Shown here in pieces: positions 10,295 through 18,971 of a DNA stretch of 64,000 nt (positions are counted from its first letter, which is position 1; the number at the start of each line of letters is the position of its first letter). The notes below the pieces were generated by a model. The model saw nothing but the letters and a program-made list of their open reading frames with translations, made no database searches and was not told where the DNA came from. Source of the stretch: Acidobacteriota bacterium (GTDB lineage Bacteria; Acidobacteriota; CAIWXX01). The position numbers and the translations under genes are program-made. The DNA is taken from the NCBI GenBank assembly GCA_040755995.1, contig JBFMAF010000023.1:32001-96000 (forward strand). The letters are read 5' to 3'.

Positions 10295-10858
10295 TCAGGG
10301 AGCGAGCGCGGCACGGAGCAGTTCCCGTGCCTCCCGCCAGGCACGTTCGGCCGTGCGAACGGAGACGCCGAGCGCGTCGGCCGTCTCTTCCTCGCTCAGT
10401 CCGGCGAAATAGCGGCACTCGACCACGCGCACGAGTCGCTCGTCCTGGGCGGCCAGGCGCGTCAGGGCGTCGTCGAGCATCAGCATCCTTTCCGCTTCCG
10501 CCTGCACGGCCAGCTGCACCTTGTCCACGTCCACCGGAGTCTGGCCTCCGCCGCGCTTGGACCTGAGCTGCCGTTTGGCGAAGTCCATCACGATCTGCCG
10601 CATGACGCGAGCCGCCACCGCGAAGAAATGGCCGCGGTCCTGGTAGTCGACAGGCGCGCCGGCCGCGAGCTTCAGGTAGGCCTCGTGCACGAGACTGGTC
10701 GTTCCCATTCCCCTTCTCCGTGCGCGATACTGGAGCTGCCGCCTCGCGATCCGTCGCAGGTCGTCATAGACGGCGGCCATGACCTGATCCAGCGCGCCTG
10801 GCTCGTTGCGCACGTGCGCCCGCAACAGCTCGGTCAACTCGTGTAACGCCGGCTTCAT
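10295..10858 (-). CDS. ECF-type sigma factor (TIGR02999-like, Ser/Thr kinase-associated type)
   Basis: VYDDLRRIARR, TTSLVHEAYLKL, HFFAVAARVMRQI, KRGG, RYFAGLSEEETADALGVS. Confidence 0.92.
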   Translation of the reverse strand: MKPALHELTELLRAHVRNEPGALDQVMAAVYDDLRRIARRQLQYRARRRGMGTTSLVHEAYLKLAAGAPVDYQDRGHFFAVAARVMRQIVMDFAKRQLRSKRGGGQTPVDVDKVQLAVQAEAERMLMLDDALTRLAAQDERLVRVVECRYFAGLSEEETADALGVSVRTAERAWREARELLRAALAP

Positions 10859-10968
10859 GGGCCTCCGTGTGCGCAGTATACCCCAACCGGCGAGCGCGGG
10901 GTGTCCCCGTTTCTCGTCGCTCGCGCGAGCGACAGCGTCATCCCGGTCGCCTCCATGAGGATTCCACG

Positions 10969-11006
10969 TGTCGGGTCTGGACTCCTCTTGTCGTTCTCAC
11001 CAGTTG
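10969..11006 (+). promoter_or_regulatory. Candidate ECF promoter motif upstream of the SBBP gene
   Basis: TGTCGG-gtctggactcc-TCTTGTCGTT-ctcac-CAGTTG, about 60 nt before ATG 11067. Confidence 0.5.
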
Positions 11007-11066
11007 GGAGGCTGATGCACGATGCCCGGGTCCATTGGCCTTTCATGATGAAGAGGAGGAAATCCG

Positions 11067-12710
11067 ATGGGCACGAAGCGTGAATCGATTCTATCCGGAT
11101 TGTATCCGGCTACCTGTGGCTTGACGGCCATGTTGGTTGGGTGTGCGTTCCTGGTGGTGGCGACCTGTGGGGCGAGCAGCGCGATGACAGAGGTGGGCGA
11201 TACGTCGCCTTCTTCTGCCGGTGAATACTCATGGAGCAGGTACTTCGGCGGGAGCGACGTGGACTGTGCCAACGCGATCGCCGTGGACAGCTGGGGGAAT
11301 ACCTATCTTGCCGGCCACAGCAACAGGACCTGGGGCTCGCCGCTGCGTCCTTACACCGGCGGCTTCGATGCCTTCGTGGCAAAGATCGACGCGAATGGCT
11401 CTCTGATCTGGAACACCTTCATCGGAGGCGCCGGTGACGACCGTGCGTACGGAATCGCCGCAGACGAGAAAGGGGACGTCTACGTTGTCGGCGAGGTGAC
11501 GAATTCCTTTGGGATGACTGGCGTGGACGGATTCGTGTTCAAGTACGATGCCAACGGCACGCTCGATTGGGACATGGTGTTAGGCGGTCTCGGGAGCGAC
11601 TCGGTCTCGGGAGTCGTGTCGGATGGACGCGGGAGCGTGTTCCTGGTGGGCACCAGCGAGAACGCCTGGGACTGGACCGCCTTGGGCGTGCCCTTGATCA
11701 GGCCGTACACGGGAGATAGTGACGTCTTCGTGATAAAGATGAACGAAACCACCGGAGCTCTATGGACCACCTTTCTCGGAGGCAGCGCGTACGACGTGGG
11801 AGAGGGCATCTCGGTGGATGCCGAAGGGAGCGTCCGGGTGGCCGGGCTCAGCCTCGGCGGCTGGGGCTCGCCGGTCCGCCCCTATACAGCCACCGACGGA
11901 TTCGTCGCGAGGCTCGACGCCAACGGGTATCTTCTCTGGAACACCTTTCTCGGCGGTGCCGACTACGAGACCTGCCGCGGAGTATCCGTCGACCGGACGG
12001 GGAACGCCTATGTCGTGGGTTCAGCTGGTGGCCCGTGGGGCAATCCCGTCCGGCCGTTCGCCGGGCGCTTCGACGTCTTCGCGGCGAGACTGGGCGGCGA
12101 CGGATCGCTCCAGTGGAATGCTTTTCTCGGAAGCAGTGGTTTGGACATCGGCGCGGGCATCAATGTTGACGGCGGCGGCAATGCCTACGTGACAGGGATC
12201 AGCGATTCCTCGTGGGGCGTGCCGACGAGAGCCTTCACGGACAGCTACGATGCGATTGCTGCGAAGCTGGACTCGAACGGATCGCTCCTCTGGAACACCT
12301 TCCTTGGCGGGTGGGGAGAGGACGCCGGCTACGGCATCGCGGCAGGCACGGACGGCAGCGTCTTTGTGGCGGGTGGCTGCACATCCATGTGGGGGGGCAG
12401 CGTCATTCCGCCAGAAACAAACCATGCCTTCATGGCCAAGCTCGTGCAACCCCAATCCGGTCCCACCATCACGCAGATCAAGTCGAAACGCGCCACACGC
12501 GGCAGCGCTGCGACCGTCATGGGCAGTGGCTTCTCCGCGAAGAAGACCGACAATGTCGTCTACTTCGGCAACCTCAAGGCCGAGATCAAGCGAGCGCGGA
12601 CGACCAGGCTCCAGGTGAAGATCCCGATGAAATGCAAGAAGGGGCAGGTGATGGTGTACGCAGTGGTCAAGGGGGTCAACAGCAACTCGGTGCCGTTCAC
12701 GGTGAAGTAG
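11067..12710 (+). CDS. Secreted SBBP-repeat beta-propeller protein with basic C-terminal IPT/TIG domain
   Basis: RBS gaggagg; hydrophobic N-terminus; repeats DAFVAK.D..G.L.WNTFLGG; C-terminal GPTIT...GSGFS...VYFG...PFTVK. Confidence 0.88.
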   Translation: MGTKRESILSGLYPATCGLTAMLVGCAFLVVATCGASSAMTEVGDTSPSSAGEYSWSRYFGGSDVDCANAIAVDSWGNTYLAGHSNRTWGSPLRPYTGGFDAFVAKIDANGSLIWNTFIGGAGDDRAYGIAADEKGDVYVVGEVTNSFGMTGVDGFVFKYDANGTLDWDMVLGGLGSDSVSGVVSDGRGSVFLVGTSENAWDWTALGVPLIRPYTGDSDVFVIKMNETTGALWTTFLGGSAYDVGEGISVDAEGSVRVAGLSLGGWGSPVRPYTATDGFVARLDANGYLLWNTFLGGADYETCRGVSVDRTGNAYVVGSAGGPWGNPVRPFAGRFDVFAARLGGDGSLQWNAFLGSSGLDIGAGINVDGGGNAYVTGISDSSWGVPTRAFTDSYDAIAAKLDSNGSLLWNTFLGGWGEDAGYGIAAGTDGSVFVAGGCTSMWGGSVIPPETNHAFMAKLVQPQSGPTITQIKSKRATRGSAATVMGSGFSAKKTDNVVYFGNLKAEIKRARTTRLQVKIPMKCKKGQVMVYAVVKGVNSNSVPFTVK

Positions 12711-12811
12711 GCGAGCAGCCCGGGTCGGGCAAGCTTCCGGGGGCGCTGGTGAGCCCCCGGCCGCTCCCCCGCGCCCCGGCAGCCGCCGTCGAGCAGATGG
12801 CGGAAATCCAG

Positions 12812-12849
12812 TGGCGGCTCAGGCGGCCCGTTGTCGTTGTCAGGAGTGA
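12812..12849 (+). promoter_or_regulatory. Candidate ECF promoter motif upstream of the FGE-domain gene
   Basis: TGGCGG-ctcaggcggcc-CGTTGTCGTT-gtcag-GAGTGA, then RBS aaggagg and ATG 12883. Confidence 0.55.
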
Positions 12850-12882
12850 AGGGTCCGAAAGACACAACAAGGAGGATCGAAC

Positions 12883-14112
12883 ATGACCATGATCGAGCGA
12901 ATGAGAACCGTCGCCTTGCTGGCGCTGGCTGTAGTGGCCGCCGCCACGCCCGTCGCCGCTCAAAACGCAGGCGACCTGTACGCCGTGGATTCGATAGTCG
13001 GGAATCTCAGATGGGTGCCCGCCACGGGGCCGGGTGGATTCGTGCAGGGGTACCCCGGCGGCGATCCATGCTTCGCCGTGCCCCCCTATCAATTCGTGCA
13101 TGTCCTCACGAGAGACCTGGCGGTCATGGAGACCGAGGTGTCGCAGCAGATGTGGGAGAACCTCAAGGCGCGGCAGCCGGGTCTGCCCTCGGTCCCCTTC
13201 TACAACCCCGGAGCCAACAAGCCCGCCGAGGCGATCGATTGGTACACTGCAGTCCTGTACGCGAATCTCCTCTCGCTCCAGCAGGGACTCACCCGGTGCT
13301 ATTACACCGACAGCAGCATGACCGTGCCCATTGACGGCACCAACTATGCAGGGAATGACGCAGTGTACTGCAACTTCGACGCGGACGGCTATCGGCTCCC
13401 CACGGAGGGAGAGCGAGAGTACTTCACTCGCGCAGGGACGACTGGACCGTTCTCGATCGACGAACCCGAGTATGATGCCAGCATGTGCTATTCCATCGGA
13501 CCGTCGCCGGGCCCGGGAACCCTTCCGGCGCTCGAATCCGTGGCCTGGTTCAGCTTCAACTCCGGATTGGCAACGCACGATGTCGGCACTAGGTTGCCGA
13601 ATCCGTGGAACCTCCATGACGTGCATGGAAATGTCTGGGAGTGGTGCTGGGACTGGAAGGAGACGTATGGGACGTATCCGACGGGAACGGTCGTCGACTA
13701 CACGGGCCCTGCCAACGGAGACGGCAGGGCGATTCGAGATGCATCATTCAAGTATGGCCCGAAGTCTCTGACTTACTACTGGGCAGCGTGCGGCACGCCC
13801 CCGTTCGAGTGGGTCGACGGCGGATTCCGGCTCGTGCGTACCATCGTCCCGGTGCCATCCGGGCCGGTGATCGATTCGATCAAGAGCAAGCAGAGCAGGC
13901 CCGGATCGAAGGCCACCATCCGGGGGACCGGCTTCTCGCCCAAGAAGTCCGAAAACACCGTCTTCTTCGGCAAGAAGAAGGTTACTAAGATAAAGAAGGC
14001 AAGCGAGAAGCAGCTGCAGGTCGTCATACCTCAGGTTCGCAAGGGATGGATCGACGTAACCGTCGTCGTGGGCGGACAGACGAGCAGCGCGTACCCCTTC
14101 CTCGTGAAGTAG
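12883..14112 (+). CDS. Secreted formylglycine-generating-enzyme (FGE-sulfatase/SUMF1) domain protein with basic C-terminal IPT/TIG domain
   Basis: Signal peptide; ETEVSQ, YRLPTEGEREY, PNPWNLHDVHGNVWEWC, GFRLVR; C-terminal IPT ending PFLVK. Confidence 0.9.
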   Translation: MTMIERMRTVALLALAVVAAATPVAAQNAGDLYAVDSIVGNLRWVPATGPGGFVQGYPGGDPCFAVPPYQFVHVLTRDLAVMETEVSQQMWENLKARQPGLPSVPFYNPGANKPAEAIDWYTAVLYANLLSLQQGLTRCYYTDSSMTVPIDGTNYAGNDAVYCNFDADGYRLPTEGEREYFTRAGTTGPFSIDEPEYDASMCYSIGPSPGPGTLPALESVAWFSFNSGLATHDVGTRLPNPWNLHDVHGNVWEWCWDWKETYGTYPTGTVVDYTGPANGDGRAIRDASFKYGPKSLTYYWAACGTPPFEWVDGGFRLVRTIVPVPSGPVIDSIKSKQSRPGSKATIRGTGFSPKKSENTVFFGKKKVTKIKKASEKQLQVVIPQVRKGWIDVTVVVGGQTSSAYPFLVK

Positions 14113-14446
14113 CAGGCCGTCGCCTTCTCCTGATCCACGCGCGGGCCGCGCCGGCCGCGGCCCGCGCTCCGAGGTCCTCCCAGACGAGAAGATCGCCCGT
14201 GTGATGGGGCTGCGGACGCATAGAACCGAGATGGGGCTGATATGGACACGAGGACGCATCAACTGCTTCAGAAAGGAGCACGGAATCCCCGCCTATGGCA
14301 AACGCCCGAACAGCGTAACCACACCGCCACACTCGACTCGACGTGTTGATCTCTGTCGAGCAACCAGCTATCATGCTTAACCTTGAGGCCCTGCTGTAGC
14401 TGCATGTCCTGAAGCTATGCAGATTCTCGACATCAAGGAGGATCAC

Positions 14447-16009
14447 ATGTCTCGACGGATATCGCTGACGGGTGTATCGTTGATGGTCGTATGCATTGCG
14501 GCTCTCATCACGACGGGGATGCAGAATGGCGCTCCCGGCGGGCCGATCAAGGTCAAGATGAAGAAGCTCAACACCAGCCGCTTCGAGACGTTTGGAGGGC
14601 TCTCCTCCTGGTCGCAGACCCCTTCGAACGAAGGTACGGTGCCGTCAGACGCCGACGCCTACATGTTGTTCTACGACTCTTCCGGGCAAGAACGCGGCGC
14701 TACCGGCTCCCAGTTCGACAGGCTGTGGCTGCAGCGACTTTGGGATGACGGCGTCCATGGAATGAAACAGTTCGGTTCGCCCAACATGACATATTTTGTT
14801 GGCAGCGGGATGCTCTCAGTAACCGGCGATCCTAACGACGGTGCGGTGTTCCTTACTTTGTGGAATACGGAGAACAAGACTCTGACGACAGTATCCGCGC
14901 CATTCGACAAGATCGATAGTCTCGACTGGGCCAAGGGTCTATTCCCGGAACAAAAGACACCTCCGCCAATCGGACAGGATGGGACGGTCGATATCTACAA
15001 CGACCAGAAAGCCCTGCATGCCGGCGAGATCCCCGGCAGCAAGGGCGTGCGCGCCAACAAGGACAATGCCGCCGTGGGTGTCCTCAGCCAGTCATCCTGG
15101 TATGAGTACGGTGACAACTATATAGGAGCCAACAGTGCAACTGTAAGGTTCTCACAATCAAGCGACTGGGCGAGCGAGGATCCACACTGGACGACGAACA
15201 TCGTCTGGAAGGGGAAGAAACAACTGGCAATGATCGGGCCGCTGCAGCCATCTGGTCCGGGGACGGTCATTTTTCCATTCGCCATCGACCAGTATGGGGC
15301 GGATTCCGGTGCCCTCGCGTCGTTGAAGACCAGCACGGCGTTCACCGGCTCCGTCAAGGGCAAGAAGGTCTCGAAGAGCCAGGTGGTCAAGTACACCCAG
15401 GAGCGCGTGCCGGCTTTCGGATCGCTAGCGTTTCTTGCACAGGACGATGGGAATGCTCGCGATCAGGAAACCGCGGATACGACGCAGATACTCTTTTACC
15501 AATTCCGCAACGCCGAGAAGACGCACTGCGTGTTGGAGAGGTATGGAGGGGAGTACTACTTCCAGCCCATCAAAGGCGGGAAGAAGTCGGGCGCTCCAAC
15601 GGTTATCCCAGTCCCCTTCTGGCAGCACAAGCAGAAGCCCGGGGCCGAGAACTACATTCGAGCCTGGGATGAACAGGTCTCCAATTTCGTGGCTCTCGGA
15701 AACAGCCGCCACATGTGCATTCTCACAAAGCACCTCTACACGGAACCCAGGCAGGCCGGGAACACGGCATCGATCCCGACCCTCACCTATACCGACGCGC
15801 TCTTGCAGGTGCTGGTCTTCGACCTTGCGAAGAAGACAGTGGAAGTCGCAGCGACCCTTGGAATCCCGCTCAGAGAGGGTGACACCTTCTGCCAACCCAC
15901 TGTCTTCATATCGGGGGCCAACTATGTCTTCTACGTCGAGAGGTATAATCAGAAGAGCTGGTTGCGCGAGGCTTTCACCGGCGCGGTGAGTGCCTCTTCG
16001 ATCCACTGA
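14447..16009 (+). CDS. Hypothetical exported protein
   Basis: Long ORF with RBS aaggagga before ATG 14447 and an N-terminal hydrophobic segment; no family recognised. Confidence 0.75.
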   Translation: MSRRISLTGVSLMVVCIAALITTGMQNGAPGGPIKVKMKKLNTSRFETFGGLSSWSQTPSNEGTVPSDADAYMLFYDSSGQERGATGSQFDRLWLQRLWDDGVHGMKQFGSPNMTYFVGSGMLSVTGDPNDGAVFLTLWNTENKTLTTVSAPFDKIDSLDWAKGLFPEQKTPPPIGQDGTVDIYNDQKALHAGEIPGSKGVRANKDNAAVGVLSQSSWYEYGDNYIGANSATVRFSQSSDWASEDPHWTTNIVWKGKKQLAMIGPLQPSGPGTVIFPFAIDQYGADSGALASLKTSTAFTGSVKGKKVSKSQVVKYTQERVPAFGSLAFLAQDDGNARDQETADTTQILFYQFRNAEKTHCVLERYGGEYYFQPIKGGKKSGAPTVIPVPFWQHKQKPGAENYIRAWDEQVSNFVALGNSRHMCILTKHLYTEPRQAGNTASIPTLTYTDALLQVLVFDLAKKTVEVAATLGIPLREGDTFCQPTVFISGANYVFYVERYNQKSWLREAFTGAVSASSIH

Positions 16010-16330
16010 GGGACTCGAACGTCACCACGATCCACGTGTGCAACCCGCGGGCAAAGGGGAACTCGGGGGGCGCATTCCACGTGTAAGACAGGAGCTCATT
16101 CGGGATCAGGCTCAGGATCCGACACCCTTCTGAGCCGCGCTCGCCTTGGCGGGCCTCCGGGTTGAAGAAGACCTCGAACGGCTCACCCGGCAGTGAGCCC
16201 ATGCCCGCCTGCACGCAGAAGGCTTTCGATCCCTGCGAGGTCGCGAACATACGCCAGACGGTCTCACGATCGGCCACCACGACTGTCTCGACATCGACCG
16301 AAGCCAGAGGAGCTTCGGCATGCGCCGGCT
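15975..16330 (-). pseudogene. SRPBCC/AHSA1-like domain, apparently truncated
   Basis: ETVVVADRETVWRMFAT...GERGSEGCRILS..PNELLSYTWNAPPEFP...TWIVVTF; the usual C-terminal helix is missing and the ORF runs into the convergent gene. Confidence 0.65.
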
Positions 16331-16543
16331 CAAGGCGCCAGGACACCCGCAGGGGGACTGCCGCGATACGAAGAATGCAGAGAGACGGTCCCAGTCCGAG
16401 CTGAGGGGTTTTCGCGAGACCTACCGGCTCCGCGAGCGGAAGAAGGGAAGCGAGTTTCAGGGGACGTGGGTGAACCCAGACCGGCGGAGCGGTTCCCACG
16501 GCCCGGGAGCCGCTCGCCGGCCTGATTTCGAACAGCGCTGACG

Positions 16544-17101
16544 CTACTTCTCTGGATTCTCCCCGCCCGCGGCTCCGAAGTACAGATAGAGTTTCCCGCC
16601 GTAGGCTCGTACGTCACCGGTTCCGCTTCGGTAGAGTTGGAACTCGACGAAGTAGTAGTAGTCCCAGAAGTTCCAGCTGTGGTTGACGTCGACTGCCCCG
16701 AACTGGGTGCCGGTTCCTGCAAACCGGTTGCTGTCGAATGTGGCGACGGTTGAGGTGGAGCCGGTCGTGCGCGACACCCTTCTGAGGTAGGCCTTGACGC
16801 TGTTGGCTGTGGCAGTGCCGTCGGGATCCTTGAAGGTAAGTCCGAACCGATCCCACCCGGGATTCTGCCCCCCATCGTCCGGGTTGTTGACGTTGCAGCG
16901 CATCACTATGTAACCGGTGACACCTGTCTTGAAATAGACCTCTTCATAGGTTGCCAGGTAGTCGTTGACATCGCCTTCGTCAACGACGCAGGCAGAGGCA
17001 ACGCAATTCCAGTAAGGGCCCACCTGGCCGAAGGAAGCCGCCGGCAGTGCGAGGGCCAAGGCGGCGCCTATGAGTGTGATCAAGGTTATGCGGCGATCCA
17101 T
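16544..17101 (-). CDS. Small secreted hypothetical protein (beta-rich, Cys-containing)
   Basis: RBS aaggag; signal peptide ending in ALPAASFG. Confidence 0.75.
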   Translation of the reverse strand: MDRRITLITLIGAALALALPAASFGQVGPYWNCVASACVVDEGDVNDYLATYEEVYFKTGVTGYIVMRCNVNNPDDGGQNPGWDRFGLTFKDPDGTATANSVKAYLRRVSRTTGSTSTVATFDSNRFAGTGTQFGAVDVNHSWNFWDYYYFVEFQLYRSGTGDVRAYGGKLYLYFGAAGGENPEK

Positions 17102-17297
17102 TGTCTCAGACTCCTTTCTGTAGTTGTGGATACCAAGCGTTGAAACGACCTTTCAGATCTCCGACCTCCGTCCTTCACCTCCTTTCAAACAGGTTTCCTC
17201 AGCATTCCCGGGAGGCCTCTCGCTCGAACTGCATATGCCCTACCCACTGCAGTCCTGCTGGCCTGTTCCGCGTGTGTCAACACCTCCTAACGGCGGC

Positions 17298-18971
17298 TCA
17301 CCGGAACTTGTGTGCCGCCTTGTTGTTCCCCTCGTCGTCCTCGGCGACTGCGTTGGCGCTGTCGGTGTCGGCGATCACGTACTTGTCCTTCGTTCCAGGT
17401 TTCGCCTTCACTTTGAAGGAGTAGGCCCCGAACGCCCCCAGCCCCGGGACGTCAACTGTCTTGACGAGAGTCGCTTTGCGCCCGGTGCCGTTCTTCTTCG
17501 AGAAGTAGACCTTGATCGTGAAGGGTCCCGCCGCGGCAGATCCGGAGTTCACGCAGACCATGGTTGCATTCAGCTTCTTCTTCTTGAACTTGACATTGCT
17601 CCAGGATCCGGTCAGGTCAGGGGCCGGCGGCGAGCTGCAATGTAGTGTGACAACCGCGGGCACCGCAGATGGGGCTGCCGTCGACGCGACGCCGATGACG
17701 GCGGTGTCGACGATCGCCGCGGTTGTGGGAGTCGCCGGGAGCGCGGGATACGCGGGGACAACCGAGGAGGGCTGGGGGTTGCACGATGGATCGATTTCTC
17801 CCATCGAGTCGGTGCGACCTACGAAGGTGCTACGCTCCGACCCGTGCGAGTTGTTTCCTGCGAACAGGAAGCCCCCGTCTGAGAGTACCCGCGCCGCCAC
17901 GCTCTCCTCCTGATCAGGACCGGCCGCGGATTTCTGCCACAGCAAGGCGCCGCCGGCGTTGAGCTTCGCCATCCACGCATCGTGTCCCATCGCACCCACA
18001 CGAAGCATTCCAGCGGCAACGTAGCCGCCGTCGCTTGTCTGGCGGACATCGGACAGCCAGGGCTTCGCGGGGTCCGTATCAGGAAACCCCGTCTGCCAAC
18101 TGACAGCTCCCGTGGCCGCCAGCTTCACGATTCTGCTCCCCCCCATGCCCCCGGCCTCCCAGAAGGTGGCGCTCATGATGTAGCCGCCGTCGGAGGTCTG
18201 GTGGATTCTGGTATTCATCGCGGGCTGGCCCTGGGAGATTCCGTAACCCATTTGCCACTTGACACCGCCCGAAGAATCCAGGTTGAGACACCATATCTGG
18301 AACTTGGGAGACGCAAACGTAGAGCTGACCCCTGAGACGATGAAGCCGTTGTCAGAAGTCGGCCGGACGCATTGACTGCTTTCTACCCCGGCACCACCGT
18401 AGGCTCGCTGCCAGATGACATTGCCCGAAGCATCAAGTCTCAAGCACCACGTGTCCTTGCTACCAGAAACGGAGGACTCAGTGGTTCCTGCGACGATGAA
18501 GCCTCCTCCAGCCAGTGCGCGCCCTGACCCCCCATAATCATCTCCAGCTCCACCATATGTCTTCTGCCAGATGATGTTGCCCGTTGGACCGAGCAGCAGG
18601 CACCACAGGTCGGCGTCACCCGCGCCGTATGAGCACGTCAGACCAGTGACGAAATAACTGCCGTCTGCCAGGGGACAGACGTCCGTGAAGGTGTCGTAGA
18701 ACACCGCTCCGCCAAAGGCCCACATCCAGGAGACGTTCCCCTGAGCATCGAGTTTCCCACACCAGGCGTCGACATTCACCCCAGAAAACCTCTCCCCTAC
18801 AAGGACACAGCCTCCATCACTCGTGGCCTCCATTGATCTGAGCAGGAGCTGCCCCGCCGGATCCTCAATCCCTACCGCCCATCGGGCGGCGGCGTGCGCG
18901 AGGCCGGCTGACATGAGCAATGCCATCGCGGCCCACGCGGACACGCACGTGCGAGATCTTGATGAAATCAT
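17298..18971 (-). CDS. Secreted beta-propeller repeat protein with basic C-terminal CARDB-like domain
   Basis: Signal peptide; repeats (TSDGG.I..G, D.WCL.LD..GNVIWQ..YGG); C-terminal PDLTG...VNSG...DSANAVAEDDEGNN. Confidence 0.85.
   Translation of the reverse strand: MISSRSRTCVSAWAAMALLMSAGLAHAAARWAVGIEDPAGQLLLRSMEATSDGGCVLVGERFSGVNVDAWCGKLDAQGNVSWMWAFGGAVFYDTFTDVCPLADGSYFVTGLTCSYGAGDADLWCLLLGPTGNIIWQKTYGGAGDDYGGSGRALAGGGFIVAGTTESSVSGSKDTWCLRLDASGNVIWQRAYGGAGVESSQCVRPTSDNGFIVSGVSSTFASPKFQIWCLNLDSSGGVKWQMGYGISQGQPAMNTRIHQTSDGGYIMSATFWEAGGMGGSRIVKLAATGAVSWQTGFPDTDPAKPWLSDVRQTSDGGYVAAGMLRVGAMGHDAWMAKLNAGGALLWQKSAAGPDQEESVAARVLSDGGFLFAGNNSHGSERSTFVGRTDSMGEIDPSCNPQPSSVVPAYPALPATPTTAAIVDTAVIGVASTAAPSAVPAVVTLHCSSPPAPDLTGSWSNVKFKKKKLNATMVCVNSGSAAAGPFTIKVYFSKKNGTGRKATLVKTVDVPGLGAFGAYSFKVKAKPGTKDKYVIADTDSANAVAEDDEGNNKAAHKFR

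Noticed and set aside
12883..14112. FGE/CLec-fold gene as a diversity-generating retroelement target
   Set aside because: No reverse transcriptase and no template-repeat copy of its 3' region found in the window; a remote DGR cannot be excluded
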